Assembly (NCBI GenBank): GCA_001778235.1
Contig: MFGJ01000001.1
Coordinates: forward strand, 5,152 to 69,151
Reading direction: 5' to 3'
DNA length: 64,000 nucleotides
DNA from: Candidatus Falkowbacteria bacterium RIFOXYC2_FULL_36_12
GTDB lineage: Bacteria; Patescibacteriota; Patescibacteriia; UBA11705
Positions 30,724 through 41,493 of this stretch are shown here, in pieces (within the stretch, counting starts at the first letter, position 1; the number at the start of each line of letters is the position of its first letter). Position numbers and translations under genes: made by a program. The notes below the pieces were generated by a model that saw only the letters and a list, made by a program, of their open reading frames with translations, did not search any database and was not told the DNA's origin.

Positions 30724-31953
30724 TTAGTGTAAATCTAGCTTATCTGCAATTCGACTAACTGCTAGAACAAAAGCAGCGGTGCGTAGATCAATATTATGCT
30801 CTTGAGCTTTGCTCCAGACGGCATCAAGAGAGCTGGTCATTATTTGCTCTAATTTAGCAAAAACATCAGCTTCTTCCCAATACTTATCATCCAGATTTTG
30901 TTGCCATTCAAAATAACTAACTGTCACGCCTCCTGCATTGGCCAAGACATCTGGCACAACCACTTTGCCGGCTTCAAATAACAACTTATCCGCAGCTGGA
31001 TTTGTAGGTCCATTGGCAAGTTCGAGTAAAACTTTTGCCTTTATATTGTGAGCATTTTTCTCTGTAATCTGATTTTCAAGAGCAGCCGGGATTAAAATAT
31101 CAACCTCAACTTCTAATAATTGTTCGTTGGTTATTTTCTGACCAGAAACATATTCAATAACTGAACCTTTTGCCTGTTTTGTTAATTTTACTTGTTCAAT
31201 ATCAAGACCGTCCATGTTTAAAATTCCACCTTGGGAATCTGAAACCGCGACAACTTTGTACCCGCCAGCTACAAGCAAATCCGCCATGACTGAACCAGCA
31301 TTACCAAAACCCTGGATAGCGATTTTAATTTCTGACTTTGATTTATTAAGAGTTTTCTGGATAACTTGTTCGAGCACATAAAATCCGCCCATGGCAGTTG
31401 CTCGATCTCTGCCTTTTGAACCACCTTTGTCTAATGGCTTGCCAGTAACAACCGCTAAATCTTCCTTGCCCGTAACCCGAGTATATTCATCGACTATCCA
31501 ACTCATTATTTCCGGTGTGGTATAAATATCTGGTGCAGGAACATCAACCTGCGAACCTATCACCGGTGCTATGGCTCGAGTAAAAGATCGTGTAAGTTTT
31601 TCCAGTTCTGCTTTTGATAATAGCTTAGGGTCAATGGTAATGCCACCCTTTCCACCACCCATAGGAATGTTAACTACCGCACACTTTATAGCCATCCAAA
31701 ATGCCAAAGCTTTGACTTCATCTAAATCAACCGAAGGATAAAATCGTAAACCACCCTTGTATGGACCACGGAGATTATTAAACTGAACACGATAACCATC
31801 AAAAACCTTGAAAGATCCATCATCCATTTTTACCGGTACTTTTACCTGAATCACTCGATCAGGTTTTTTTATAATTTCAAATTTATTAGCATCAAGATTT
31901 AAAATCTTCGCTGCATTTTCTAATTGTTGAATTGCATTTTCAAATGGAGACAT
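30724..31953 (-). CDS. gdhA: Glu/Leu/Phe/Val dehydrogenase (glutamate dehydrogenase)
   Basis: GPYKGGLRF, GGGKGG, DVPAPD, QGFGNAG and NAGGVTVSYFEW motifs. Confidence 0.92.
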   Translation of the reverse strand: MSPFENAIQQLENAAKILNLDANKFEIIKKPDRVIQVKVPVKMDDGSFKVFDGYRVQFNNLRGPYKGGLRFYPSVDLDEVKALAFWMAIKCAVVNIPMGGGKGGITIDPKLLSKAELEKLTRSFTRAIAPVIGSQVDVPAPDIYTTPEIMSWIVDEYTRVTGKEDLAVVTGKPLDKGGSKGRDRATAMGGFYVLEQVIQKTLNKSKSEIKIAIQGFGNAGSVMADLLVAGGYKVVAVSDSQGGILNMDGLDIEQVKLTKQAKGSVIEYVSGQKITNEQLLEVEVDILIPAALENQITEKNAHNIKAKVLLELANGPTNPAADKLLFEAGKVVVPDVLANAGGVTVSYFEWQQNLDDKYWEEADVFAKLEQIMTSSLDAVWSKAQEHNIDLRTAAFVLAVSRIADKLDLH

Positions 31954-31983
31954 ATTATTTTTATTATTCCTTTAATAATTGTT

Positions 31984-32943
31984 TTATCGAGTTAAATCAG
32001 GAGCCAATCCAATTGAGCCATTCTTGCCTCTCAACATCTGGATATATTTGGCAGTTGACATTGCGGCCTTGGCGCCATCACCGGCTGAAATTACGGCTTG
32101 TTTAAAAGGCGTATTAGTAATATCACCAGCGGCAAAAATTCCTGGGGCTGAAGTTTTATTTTCATTATCAACAATGACATAACCTCTCTCATCTAAATTT
32201 ACCAAATCTTTTATCATGTCGGTTTTTGTTATCCAACCAATTTCAATAAAAACTCCGTCAAGATTTAATTCTGTTTCTTGCTGTGTCTGATTGTTAAGCA
32301 AAATAACTTTTTCTAGTTTTTGTTCACCGATAAATTCCTTTATTTCTGTAAAATTCATTGATTCCACATTACCGGCAGCATTAACTTGGTCAATCAATAC
32401 TTGTTCAGCACGAAATTTATCACTGCGATTGAATAAATAAACTTTTTTGGCAATATTTGATAAATATTCAGCAGCATCAAAACTGGAATTACCCCCACCA
32501 ACAACACCAACGATCTTGCTTTTAAAAAATGGAGCATCACAAGTGGCGCAATAAGCCACACCTCGTCCTGTTAATTTTTTTTCACCAGGGACGCCAAGAG
32601 TTCTCTGCTCTAAACCATAAGCTAGGATAACTGCCTTGGATTCAAAGGCACCAATCGTGCTCTTTATTTCAAATTTTCCTTCCTCAATTTTTGTAACCTG
32701 ATTGACTTCGCCGAGTTTGATTTGCGCACCAGCAGTTTCAGCCTGCTGTTTGAATTTATTCATCAATTCTGGGCCCAAAATAGTGCCTGTACCAGGGTAA
32801 TTTTCAATTTCCGTAGTAATTGCTGCTTGGCCACCATATGTTTTGGTGATAACTAATGTTTTTAGTTCGCGTCTGGCAGTATACAAGGCAGCGGTTAACC
32901 CAGCGCAGGCGCCACCAATAATGACAACATCATATTGTTCCAT
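31984..32943 (-). CDS. trxB: Thioredoxin reductase
   Basis: IENYPG, CATCD, GGGNSS and GIFAAGD motifs. Confidence 0.93.
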   Translation of the reverse strand: MEQYDVVIIGGACAGLTAALYTARRELKTLVITKTYGGQAAITTEIENYPGTGTILGPELMNKFKQQAETAGAQIKLGEVNQVTKIEEGKFEIKSTIGAFESKAVILAYGLEQRTLGVPGEKKLTGRGVAYCATCDAPFFKSKIVGVVGGGNSSFDAAEYLSNIAKKVYLFNRSDKFRAEQVLIDQVNAAGNVESMNFTEIKEFIGEQKLEKVILLNNQTQQETELNLDGVFIEIGWITKTDMIKDLVNLDERGYVIVDNENKTSAPGIFAAGDITNTPFKQAVISAGDGAKAAMSTAKYIQMLRGKNGSIGLAPDLTR

Positions 32944-33027
32944 AGATTTTTTTAAATTTAGCTTTACCATAGAGTAATGCGAATTAATACTTTGATAAAT
33001 AAAAAGACGGTTCCCCGCCTGATTATT

Positions 33028-33351
33028 TTATAATGCTTCTAATTTTTGTTTTAGACTGGCTTTGTCTTGGATTCCGAGCAATCTTTCTTTTTCTTCACCA
33101 TTTTTGAAAATAATAATTGTCGGAATACTCATAACGCCATATTCCCCTGCCTTTGCTTGGCTTTCATCGACATTGAGTTTGGCAATTTTTATACCTGAAC
33201 CAGCTAACTCCTCGGACAATTCATCAATTATTGGACCCATTACCTGGCAAGGGCCACACCAAGTAGCAAAAAAATCCACTAAAACTGGTTTATCTTTGTA
33301 ATTTTTTACCTCTTGATCAAAATTTGCATCAGTTAAATTTAATTCTGACAT
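33028..33351 (-). CDS. trxA: Thioredoxin
   Basis: WCGPC and SIPT motifs. Confidence 0.95.
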   Translation of the reverse strand: MSELNLTDANFDQEVKNYKDKPVLVDFFATWCGPCQVMGPIIDELSEELAGSGIKIAKLNVDESQAKAGEYGVMSIPTIIIFKNGEEKERLLGIQDKASLKQKLEAL

Positions 33352-33437
33352 AGTTTTAAGCGAGTAAAGCGAGAACAGCGAGTAAAGTTATGACTGTAGT
33401 GGCTTTATTTACTGAACTGACTGATCTTGCCTTTTAA

Positions 33438-33575
33438 TTATTTTTTATTTTCCAACCAAAAACGCACAACATGGCGAATAAATTCGCTCTTGCTGGTATA
33501 CTTATGTTTTTTCATTTGTTTTTCCACTTCCTGACATAACTCTTGCGGAAGTGAAATTGTAACTACACAACGCAT
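33438..33575 (-). CDS. Small ribbon-helix-helix (CopG/MetJ-like) regulator, 45 aa
   Basis: Below the ORF-track cutoff. Manual translation: MRCVVTISLPQELCQEVEKQMKKHKYTSKSEFIRHVVRFWLENKK. Confidence 0.8.
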   Translation of the reverse strand: MRCVVTISLPQELCQEVEKQMKKHKYTSKSEFIRHVVRFWLENKK

Positions 33576-33677
33576 TTGATAAGCGAGAAAAGTTAATTAT
33601 TCACTGGCTGTACCCTGTACTTGCTTTAGATTAAGTTAAGTAAGTTGACTCGAATCATAAATACTTACCTACACGAC

Positions 33678-33724
33678 TGTATTACAGTGTAATACAATTA
33701 TACTGAATTTTATTTTTTTGTCAA
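33678..33724 (-). promoter_or_regulatory. Sigma70 promoter with a palindromic operator at the transcription start
   Basis: Minus strand TTGACA-16 nt-TATAAT (33724-33697), followed by tgtattaca-g-tgtaataca (33678-33696). Confidence 0.65.
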
Positions 33725-33783
33725 ATTATTAAAACAGGCGGGCAAAGGTTCCCCTTTGCCCGCCTGATATGTTCCAACAAAAC

Positions 33784-35757
33784 TTAAATTCGCTTTTTTA
33801 TTTCCTTTTCAAAGTAGACATCAAGAATATCACCAACTTCAACTAAAGGCTGACCATCAAATTGCATACCAAATTCCTGTCCCTTAACTACATTACTAAC
33901 AACTTCTTTACCAATTTGCAATTCAACAATTTTACCCTTGGAAATAAACTCTTCATGGCGTAAAATTACGGCGACTGCTCCTTTTTCAATAGAACCAGAC
34001 TTGACCCGACAACCGACAATCATGGATTTTTCTTGTTTTTTAAATATTTTTATTACTTCAGCCTGACCTAAATCTTCACGGATAACTTCGGCCTTGATCA
34101 TTTCATTGGCTTTTTCTCTAACAGCATCGATTAATTCGTAAATTATTTTATATTTTTTTATTTCAACACCTTTTTCTTGGGCCAATGAAGCTGCAGATGA
34201 ACTCGGAACAACACTAAAACCAACTAACATCGCGCCAGTAGCATCAGCACTCATAACATCGCTTTCGGTTATATTACCAAGACCTCTCGCAATAAATTTA
34301 ATTTTTACATCTTCGGTGTTTAATTTTTCAAGTGATTCAATTACTGCTTCTTGGGAACCAAGAACATCTGAACGCAAAATAATATTTATTTTGGTAGCGC
34401 CTTCATCATGTTCATCATCCTTGTCAACTGTATTTTGCATAAAAGTATCTTCTTTGTTGCCTAATTTGTGAGCCTTGGTTTTCTTAACTTTGCCAGTGGT
34501 TATTTCAAGAATATCTCCCACGACCGGAGCAGATTTCATACCAACTAGTTGAGCTGGGACTGATGGGCCGGCTGAATCGATTTCCTGTCCAAGATAATTG
34601 TGCATAGCTCTAATCTTGCCATAAAAATCTCCGTTTATCATCATCTGATCACCGCGATGCAATGTACCATTTTTTACTAAAACTGTTGCAACCGGGCCAA
34701 AGCCTTTATCAACATGTGATTCAATGATTGTACCGACAACCTCGCCATCTGGATTAGCAACAATTTTGTCAACTGACATTTCAGCGACGAGTAAGACTTG
34801 TTCTAGTAATTCATTAATATTTTCATTTTGTTTGGCAGAAATCGGGACACAAATTGTCTTGCCCCCCCATTCTTCAGTTAGAAGATTGTGTTGAGCAAGA
34901 TCTTGCTTAACCTTTTCAATATTTGCATCGGGTAAATCTATTTTGTTTATGGCAACAACAATTGGAATACCAGCATTTTCAGCAATCTTCTGGGCTTCAA
35001 TGGTTTGAGGTTTGACACTGTCATTGGCAGCCACAACTAAAATCGCAATATCGGCAACATTGGCACCACGAGATCTCATGGCAGTGAAGGCTTCGTGTCC
35101 TGGAGTATCAATAAAAGTAATCAATTTACCTTTTCGCATAATTTGATAAGCACCAATATGTTGAGTAATTCCACCGGCTTCACCGGCGACAACATTGGTT
35201 TTACGAATGGCATCAAGAAGTTTTGTTTTCCCATGGTCGACATGACCCATAACAACGATAACTGGTGGGCGTGGCAGTTTGGCTGTATCATCGGCTAAAA
35301 TCTGTTTAACCTTTTGATCTTTTTCCAATGCAAGTTCTTCGTGAACTTTTTGTTCAACTGCTGTATAGCCAAGGTCTTCGGCAATAATGGCGGCTGTATC
35401 GTAGTCTATTCTTTGATTTAATGAAGCCATAACACCGTTTCTCATCAGCTCCTTGATAACATCGGTAGCAGGTAAATTTAAAATTGAAGCAAAAGTTTTT
35501 ACGGTTAAAACTGGAGGAATTTTTACCTCACCTTTTTCAATCAACTCACCTTTTTCATCTTTATGACGAATTTTAAGATATTCTTGCTCTTGGGCTTTGC
35601 GATATTGATAATCGCCCCAAGCTTTGATGATTCTATGACCTAAACGATCATCAATTTTTATGGCTTTTTTACCAATATCAAAACCTAATTCAGGAAGTTT
35701 TTCCCTTAATTCTTCAGTAGATATTCGTAATTTTCGAGATAATTCGGTAACATTCAT
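33784..35757 (-). CDS. infB: Translation initiation factor IF-2
   Basis: RPPVIVVMGHVDHGKT, GGITQHIGAY, DTPGHEAF and NKID motifs. Confidence 0.97.
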   Translation of the reverse strand: MNVTELSRKLRISTEELREKLPELGFDIGKKAIKIDDRLGHRIIKAWGDYQYRKAQEQEYLKIRHKDEKGELIEKGEVKIPPVLTVKTFASILNLPATDVIKELMRNGVMASLNQRIDYDTAAIIAEDLGYTAVEQKVHEELALEKDQKVKQILADDTAKLPRPPVIVVMGHVDHGKTKLLDAIRKTNVVAGEAGGITQHIGAYQIMRKGKLITFIDTPGHEAFTAMRSRGANVADIAILVVAANDSVKPQTIEAQKIAENAGIPIVVAINKIDLPDANIEKVKQDLAQHNLLTEEWGGKTICVPISAKQNENINELLEQVLLVAEMSVDKIVANPDGEVVGTIIESHVDKGFGPVATVLVKNGTLHRGDQMMINGDFYGKIRAMHNYLGQEIDSAGPSVPAQLVGMKSAPVVGDILEITTGKVKKTKAHKLGNKEDTFMQNTVDKDDEHDEGATKINIILRSDVLGSQEAVIESLEKLNTEDVKIKFIARGLGNITESDVMSADATGAMLVGFSVVPSSSAASLAQEKGVEIKKYKIIYELIDAVREKANEMIKAEVIREDLGQAEVIKIFKKQEKSMIVGCRVKSGSIEKGAVAVILRHEEFISKGKIVELQIGKEVVSNVVKGQEFGMQFDGQPLVEVGDILDVYFEKEIKKRI

Positions 35758-35977
35758 GTAATTATATTGGCAATTAAATAAGTTATTAATATTCTATCTT
35801 AATCTAGCAAAAATGTCAATCAAATCACTTATAACTAACTGCTTTTAAATTATTAATTTTCTTAAATTATAAATTATTGACAATTCAAACCAGTTATGAT
35901 AAATTGAAGTATTGATATTTAACAATTTGAGTGTTGCAAAAGTCAACGCTGACAACCAGCAGAGGCAGGAGAAAAAC

Positions 35978-36841
35978 ATGAATACTGGCTGGAAAATTGC
36001 TATTTCTGTATTTTTTGGAGCTTTGATTGGATCATTGGTTTCAATCAACTATTCTTGGTGGATTGGCATGATTGTTGGTGGTATTGTTGGTTATCTGTCA
36101 GTAGAACCAATGGCTATTCCGAAAGCAATTGCAAAGGTTTTCAAGAGTATGTATTCAGAGTCAAACAGAAATAAATTTAAGTTTACTGGGAAAATTTTTG
36201 TATGCCTGTATTTGTCCATGTGTTTTGTGATCGTCACCCCTGTTTTTCCAATCCATGCTTTTGGTATATGGCTAGGAAAAATCACCTTACTATCATTATA
36301 TTTTTATGAATTTACCTTTTTAATAGCTGCTTTATTTTCGAGTATTGTTATAAGCATAACATTCTATGGTGAAACTTATTGGAAGTATGAAAATTATATG
36401 CTTTCAAGTTATGAGATTTCCCAAATTCCTCCAGGAATTACTCTTGTTTACTCTATGCAGAGTCCAAAAAAATATTTCAAATCATTTTTGAGAAGTTATT
36501 TTAATATTGTGACTATAATAAGTAAAGGATTTGTGATATTTTTCATTATTATGCTTCCGATGTTCATTTTTTGGAAAATGCCTGTATATATTTTCTGGAA
36601 AATTCCTATCGGCATTGGTAAGTTTACCTGGGCTGTTGTCAAGATTATTCATTGTCACAACAGAGTAATCGCGGGAATTGATGCTGTTATCTTTGCTTGT
36701 TTGGGATATGGGTTGAGTTATCTGACGCCAATGGCGCCACTGATTGGAGCTGTGATTGGTTTTGCACTAAGTAAGCTTCACTGGGAATTGGTGAGTGTGA
36801 GATGGCTAAAAGTTTGTCCGCAGAAAATTAAAAATGATTAA
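35978..36841 (+). CDS. Hypothetical multi-pass membrane protein
   Basis: AGGAG SD before MNTGWK; own promoter and terminator. Confidence 0.7.
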   Translation: MNTGWKIAISVFFGALIGSLVSINYSWWIGMIVGGIVGYLSVEPMAIPKAIAKVFKSMYSESNRNKFKFTGKIFVCLYLSMCFVIVTPVFPIHAFGIWLGKITLLSLYFYEFTFLIAALFSSIVISITFYGETYWKYENYMLSSYEISQIPPGITLVYSMQSPKKYFKSFLRSYFNIVTIISKGFVIFFIIMLPMFIFWKMPVYIFWKIPIGIGKFTWAVVKIIHCHNRVIAGIDAVIFACLGYGLSYLTPMAPLIGAVIGFALSKLHWELVSVRWLKVCPQKIKND

Positions 36842-36891
36842 ATCGCTTTATATTATAAGGTGATTTTTTTAATTATTTAATTTTACCCTTA

Positions 36892-37167
36892 TACCCTGAA
36901 ATAAATTCAGGGTGACAAGTGAGAGATCCTGAAAACAGTACCCGGAGATCCTGAAACAAGTTCAGGATGACGAGTGTAGGGTTCAGGATGACGAGTGTAG
37001 GGTTTTTGATGACGAGTGGTGTGTGGTCCCGTCACTCTGAACTTGTTTCAGAGTCTCCTGAATTGACATTAGAGGAAGGAATGGAAAAATTAATTTGAAT
37101 TTTGAAGAATTATATCCTGAAACAAGTTCAGGATGACGAGTGTAGGGTTCAGGGTGACAAGTGTGGG
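36892..37167. repeat. Cluster of REP-like palindromes (gatcctgaaacaagttcaggatgac family)
   Basis: Several full and half copies, one inverted (37031-37058); same family as the murE insertion. Confidence 0.85.
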
Positions 37168-37263
37168 AAATAAAAACAGCCGACCCGTTGCCGAGCAGCG
37201 GGTCGGCGGAGAGACCTAACTTTCCCTTGATTTTTTAGCAAATTTAAAGTATAATAGGCTCAT

Positions 37264-38415
37264 ATGAAATACTTTTTCCAAGTAGGAAATCATCCAAAAT
37301 TAGCTAAATCAGAGCTGGAAGCTGTGCTAAGACGAGAAAATATTGACTTTGAAATCAGTTTTGTAATTGAGAATATAATTGTACTTGAAACAAAGATTAC
37401 TTTAGAAAAAAACTTGCTGAAATTGCTGGGAGGTTTTGTGAAATTTGGGATTATTGAATTTGAAACCACAAGAAATAATTTACAAAAAGATATTTTTCAG
37501 TACTTGATAAAATACAATTATGAAAAAATATTTTTTGGTTTGAATAATTTCACATCGGAAAATTTGAAACTGAATAAAATCGGACTAGAGCTAAAAAAAG
37601 AATTGAAAAATAGTAATAAAAATTGCCGTTTTGTCAGTGGGGTGGAAAATCCGCTCTCAAGTGTGATAATTCACAAAAATAATCTAGACAAAGAAAATGG
37701 CTTTGATTTAAATTTTATTTCTAGTGCAGATACAATATTAGTGGGAAGAACTCTGGCAGTGCAAGATTATAATTTTTATTCAAAAATTGATTATGGTAGG
37801 CCAGCCAAAGATGATCTGTCAGGTATGTTGCCACCAAAAGTCAGTCAAATAATGATCAACTTAGCTGAAATAAAAAACAACAAATTAAAAGTTCTTGATC
37901 CATTTTGTGGTTCGGGCACAATCCTACAAATGGCAGCACTTCAAGGTGTGATAAATTTAATTGGATATGACAATTCTGTAAAAGCCATAAAAGATACAAC
38001 TGAAAATCTTGATTGGCTGAAAAAATCTTTTGATTTGAAATTTAATCTTGAATTGGAGACTTTGGGGATTGAAAATCTTGAGCAAAAAATCAAAGCTGGT
38101 AGCATAGATGTCGTTGTGACAGAACCTTATCTTGGTCCAGCAATGAGAGGAAGTGAAGGAAATGACTTTGTAAAAAAAGTGCAGGAAGAATTAAGTCAGC
38201 TTTATACCAAAATGTTTACGCAATTGGAAAAAGCCTTGAAATCATCTGGAGTGATGATAATAATAATTCCAGAGATACATATAAAAGGAAAAATATACCA
38301 ATTCAACATAAATGAATTGATTGGGAACAAATTACAAGTAGAAAATGAGTGGCAATATTCAAGAGAAAAGCAAAGAGTTGTCAGAAATATTTACAAAATA
38401 AAAAAAGTGACCTGA
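37264..38415 (+). CDS. SAM-dependent RNA methyltransferase (Trm11/TrmG10-like)
   Basis: GMLPPK, DPFCGSGT and VTEPYLG motifs. Confidence 0.8.
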   Translation: MKYFFQVGNHPKLAKSELEAVLRRENIDFEISFVIENIIVLETKITLEKNLLKLLGGFVKFGIIEFETTRNNLQKDIFQYLIKYNYEKIFFGLNNFTSENLKLNKIGLELKKELKNSNKNCRFVSGVENPLSSVIIHKNNLDKENGFDLNFISSADTILVGRTLAVQDYNFYSKIDYGRPAKDDLSGMLPPKVSQIMINLAEIKNNKLKVLDPFCGSGTILQMAALQGVINLIGYDNSVKAIKDTTENLDWLKKSFDLKFNLELETLGIENLEQKIKAGSIDVVVTEPYLGPAMRGSEGNDFVKKVQEELSQLYTKMFTQLEKALKSSGVMIIIIPEIHIKGKIYQFNINELIGNKLQVENEWQYSREKQRVVRNIYKIKKVT

Positions 38416-38436
38416 AGAGGTCGCTTTTTTATATTA

Positions 38437-39447
38437 TTATTTCTTTTTTTTAACTCGATGTTTAATTTGATCAACGATTCTACGCATCTTGGATTTACCA
38501 CGCTTCAAAGCTAATTCCTCAAACAGTATCGACCAGACAGTGACCTGGAAGGTGGTATAACCTGAACCGAATACAGCAATAATAGCTAAAGCAAGGATAA
38601 CTATTAAAACTACAAGTAAACCTAAACCGCCACTTAGTGACATCAAGACCATCATTAAATAAAGCAAAATAAATGGAGACAAGACAAACACAGCAAAAAC
38701 TATAGCAAGCAAACCGATTAAGATATTGAGTAGAAACAAGATAAAGCCCATTTCAATATTGAGTAACATGTTTTGCTTGAAAATATACCAAGCATAACGA
38801 ATTGAGACAAAAATTCCTTTGTCGCGCAGAACAATAAAAGCTGAAGCGTAGATAGTGAGGAAATATATTATAATACCCAGTAGCAGTAAAACTAAAAATG
38901 AAACTATGTACAAGGCATAAGCAATCCAACTGGTTTGGGCGATATATAGAGAAACCAGGAAAGCAATAAAAATTACAAAGCCGGTCATAACTACTCGGGT
39001 AATTATATTCAAGCCTAGGACAGGCCAGAATTTGTGTATACCCAAGCTGAATGCTTGTTTGAATGAAATTTTCTTGTTTTGATCGAGAGTTATGGCTGAT
39101 TTAATCAAACTAATCTGCGAAACAATGGCTAAAATTATTATCAACGAAGCGACTAACATCACAAACAAGATAGTGAAAAGTGATAAACTGAAAGAAACAG
39201 TATCTGTCTGCCAAAGATCAATTAACTTGGTCCAAGAAAAAGTACTGAAAATACCAGTATTGGCATATTGCCTCAAGGTGTAATAAATACTCCGACCTTC
39301 GGACATGTCATTGAAGCTACGAATGATTGCTTCATAAAAACTGGCATTGCCAAGAAAAGTGGCGAAGAAGCCAAAGAGCCACAACCAGCGGAAACGCCAA
39401 GTCACTCTCCATGAACGAAACAATATTTGTCGATAAAATTTTTCCAT
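38437..39447 (-). CDS. Hypothetical multi-pass membrane protein
   Basis: W...W....LWLFGFF N-terminus; about 6-7 TM segments. Confidence 0.75.
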   Translation of the reverse strand: MEKFYRQILFRSWRVTWRFRWLWLFGFFATFLGNASFYEAIIRSFNDMSEGRSIYYTLRQYANTGIFSTFSWTKLIDLWQTDTVSFSLSLFTILFVMLVASLIIILAIVSQISLIKSAITLDQNKKISFKQAFSLGIHKFWPVLGLNIITRVVMTGFVIFIAFLVSLYIAQTSWIAYALYIVSFLVLLLLGIIIYFLTIYASAFIVLRDKGIFVSIRYAWYIFKQNMLLNIEMGFILFLLNILIGLLAIVFAVFVLSPFILLYLMMVLMSLSGGLGLLVVLIVILALAIIAVFGSGYTTFQVTVWSILFEELALKRGKSKMRRIVDQIKHRVKKKK

Positions 39448-39626
39448 AATTTTTTACAAGCGAGAAAAGCAAGATAAATCAGATAAGAACAAGGTTATCC
39501 TACCTGCTTTTCAATGACTTTTTAATATTGCATTAATTATATCACAATTTGCAGGAATAAAGAAAAAGTTGTGGAAAAAAAGATACTGCCTTTGAAGCAG
39601 TATCTTTTTTATTGAAAAATTGTATG

Positions 39627-41465
39627 TTATTTATTTTCTCGGCTAACTTTTGGGCCACATATTTCTATGAAACGATCTTTTTCAATTGTTTCTTTCTCTA
39701 TAAGTTCAGCAACTATTGCCTCTAGCTTATCACGATGATTTTCTAATATTTTTTTGTCGGTTTCAACTGCATCAAAGATTAATTGGTCTATTTCCGTGTC
39801 AATCTCTTCAGCAATTTTTTCAGAATAATTTCGCTGTTCCCTAATATCTCGTCCTAAAAAGATTAATTCTTCTTTCTCACCGTAAATACGGGGAACCAAT
39901 TTATCACTCATACCATAACGAGTAATAAGTCTTCTGGCTGTCTTGGTAGCTTTTTCCAAATCATTGGATGCACCGGTGGTGACTTCGGAGAAAATCACCT
40001 TTTCAGTTGTATGCCCGGCAAGCAAAACAGCAATATTGTCAATAAATTCTGACTTTTTATGTAGATATTTATCGCTTTCTGGCAAACTAAGCGTATAACC
40101 AGCGGCATGACCGCGAGAAATAATAGAAACTTTGTGAACAGGATCAGCGTTTGGCAAGAGGTGAGCAACAAGAGCGTGTCCAGCTTCGTGATAAGCTGTA
40201 ATCTTTTTTTCTTGCTCGGACAAAACATGACTCTTCCGTTCTGGTCCAATCATTACTTTTTCAATACTGTTTAATAATTCTGATTGTGTTATCTTTTTTA
40301 GATTGTTTCTAGCAGCAAGAATGGCGGCTTCGTTTAGTACATTTTCTAAATCTGCACCAGACATACCAGATGTTCGTTCAGCAACATGACGAAGATTTAC
40401 ATCTTGTTCAGTTGGCTTGTTCCGCATATGCACTTGTAAAATTTCTTCTCGATCGTTTATATCTGGTAAATCGAGGACAACTTGACGATCAAAGCGACCA
40501 GGTCGAAGCAGAGCTGGATCAAGAACATCAGGACGATTGGTGGCGGCCATAACAATAACATTGGCATTCGGCTCAAAGCCATCCATTTCTGTCAAAATCT
40601 GGTTAAGAGTTTGTTCTCTCTCATCATGTGAGCCTCCAAGTCCTGAACCGCGTTGACGACCAACTGCATCAATTTCATCAACAAAAACAATAGCTGGAGC
40701 ATTTTTCTTGGCTCGATTAAATAAATCTCGCACGCGTGAAGCGCCAACACCAACAAACATTTCTACAAATTCTGAACCTGAAATAGAAAGAAAAGGCACA
40801 CCAGCTTCTCCGGCAACGGCCTTGGCTAATAATGTTTTTCCTGTGCCCGGAGGTCCCATCAGAAGGACACCCTTTGGGATTTTGGCACCAAGGGCTAAAA
40901 ATTTTTTCGGGTTTTTTAGAAAATCAACAATTTCCAAAAGTTCTTCTTTGGCCTCTTTGACACCAGCAACATTTTTGAAAGTTGTTTTTGTTTTACTATC
41001 TTTTTTTTGTTCACGCGCTTTGCTAAGACCAAAACTCATAGCATTTTTATTGGCACCTTGAACTTGTCGAAGCATAAACCAAAGCAATAGCCCAATAAAG
41101 AAAACCATTAGCAGTGTTGGAAGAAGGCTCTTCATTAGCATAGAAAAAGTATCTTCTTTGACAACTTCACGAGAAAACTTTGTCAGTTTGTCCGGTGAAA
41201 TCTCATAACTTGAAAGCAGTTCAGAAAAAGATTCTATATCTTCTTTATAAACCGACTGATTTGTCCCATCAAGTAAAGTGATATTCAACTTATTTCCCTG
41301 AACTGCTATTTTATCAATTTTCTCATCATTTATTTCCTGCACCATTTTCTGAATATCAATATTTTCAACTGGTTCAGAATCCAGGTTATATAAACTAAAT
41401 AATGATGCAATCGCAAGGACAACAATGAAGAATATTGCAATATTTTTTAGTATACTTTTTTTCAT
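39627..41465 (-). CDS. ftsH: ATP-dependent zinc metalloprotease FtsH
   Basis: [22 protein letters not shown] and HEAGH motifs. Confidence 0.97.
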   Translation of the reverse strand: MKKSILKNIAIFFIVVLAIASLFSLYNLDSEPVENIDIQKMVQEINDEKIDKIAVQGNKLNITLLDGTNQSVYKEDIESFSELLSSYEISPDKLTKFSREVVKEDTFSMLMKSLLPTLLMVFFIGLLLWFMLRQVQGANKNAMSFGLSKAREQKKDSKTKTTFKNVAGVKEAKEELLEIVDFLKNPKKFLALGAKIPKGVLLMGPPGTGKTLLAKAVAGEAGVPFLSISGSEFVEMFVGVGASRVRDLFNRAKKNAPAIVFVDEIDAVGRQRGSGLGGSHDEREQTLNQILTEMDGFEPNANVIVMAATNRPDVLDPALLRPGRFDRQVVLDLPDINDREEILQVHMRNKPTEQDVNLRHVAERTSGMSGADLENVLNEAAILAARNNLKKITQSELLNSIEKVMIGPERKSHVLSEQEKKITAYHEAGHALVAHLLPNADPVHKVSIISRGHAAGYTLSLPESDKYLHKKSEFIDNIAVLLAGHTTEKVIFSEVTTGASNDLEKATKTARRLITRYGMSDKLVPRIYGEKEELIFLGRDIREQRNYSEKIAEEIDTEIDQLIFDAVETDKKILENHRDKLEAIVAELIEKETIEKDRFIEICGPKVSRENK

Positions 41466-41493
41466 AGCGTAATACTTTTTTTAAAGTTAGATA

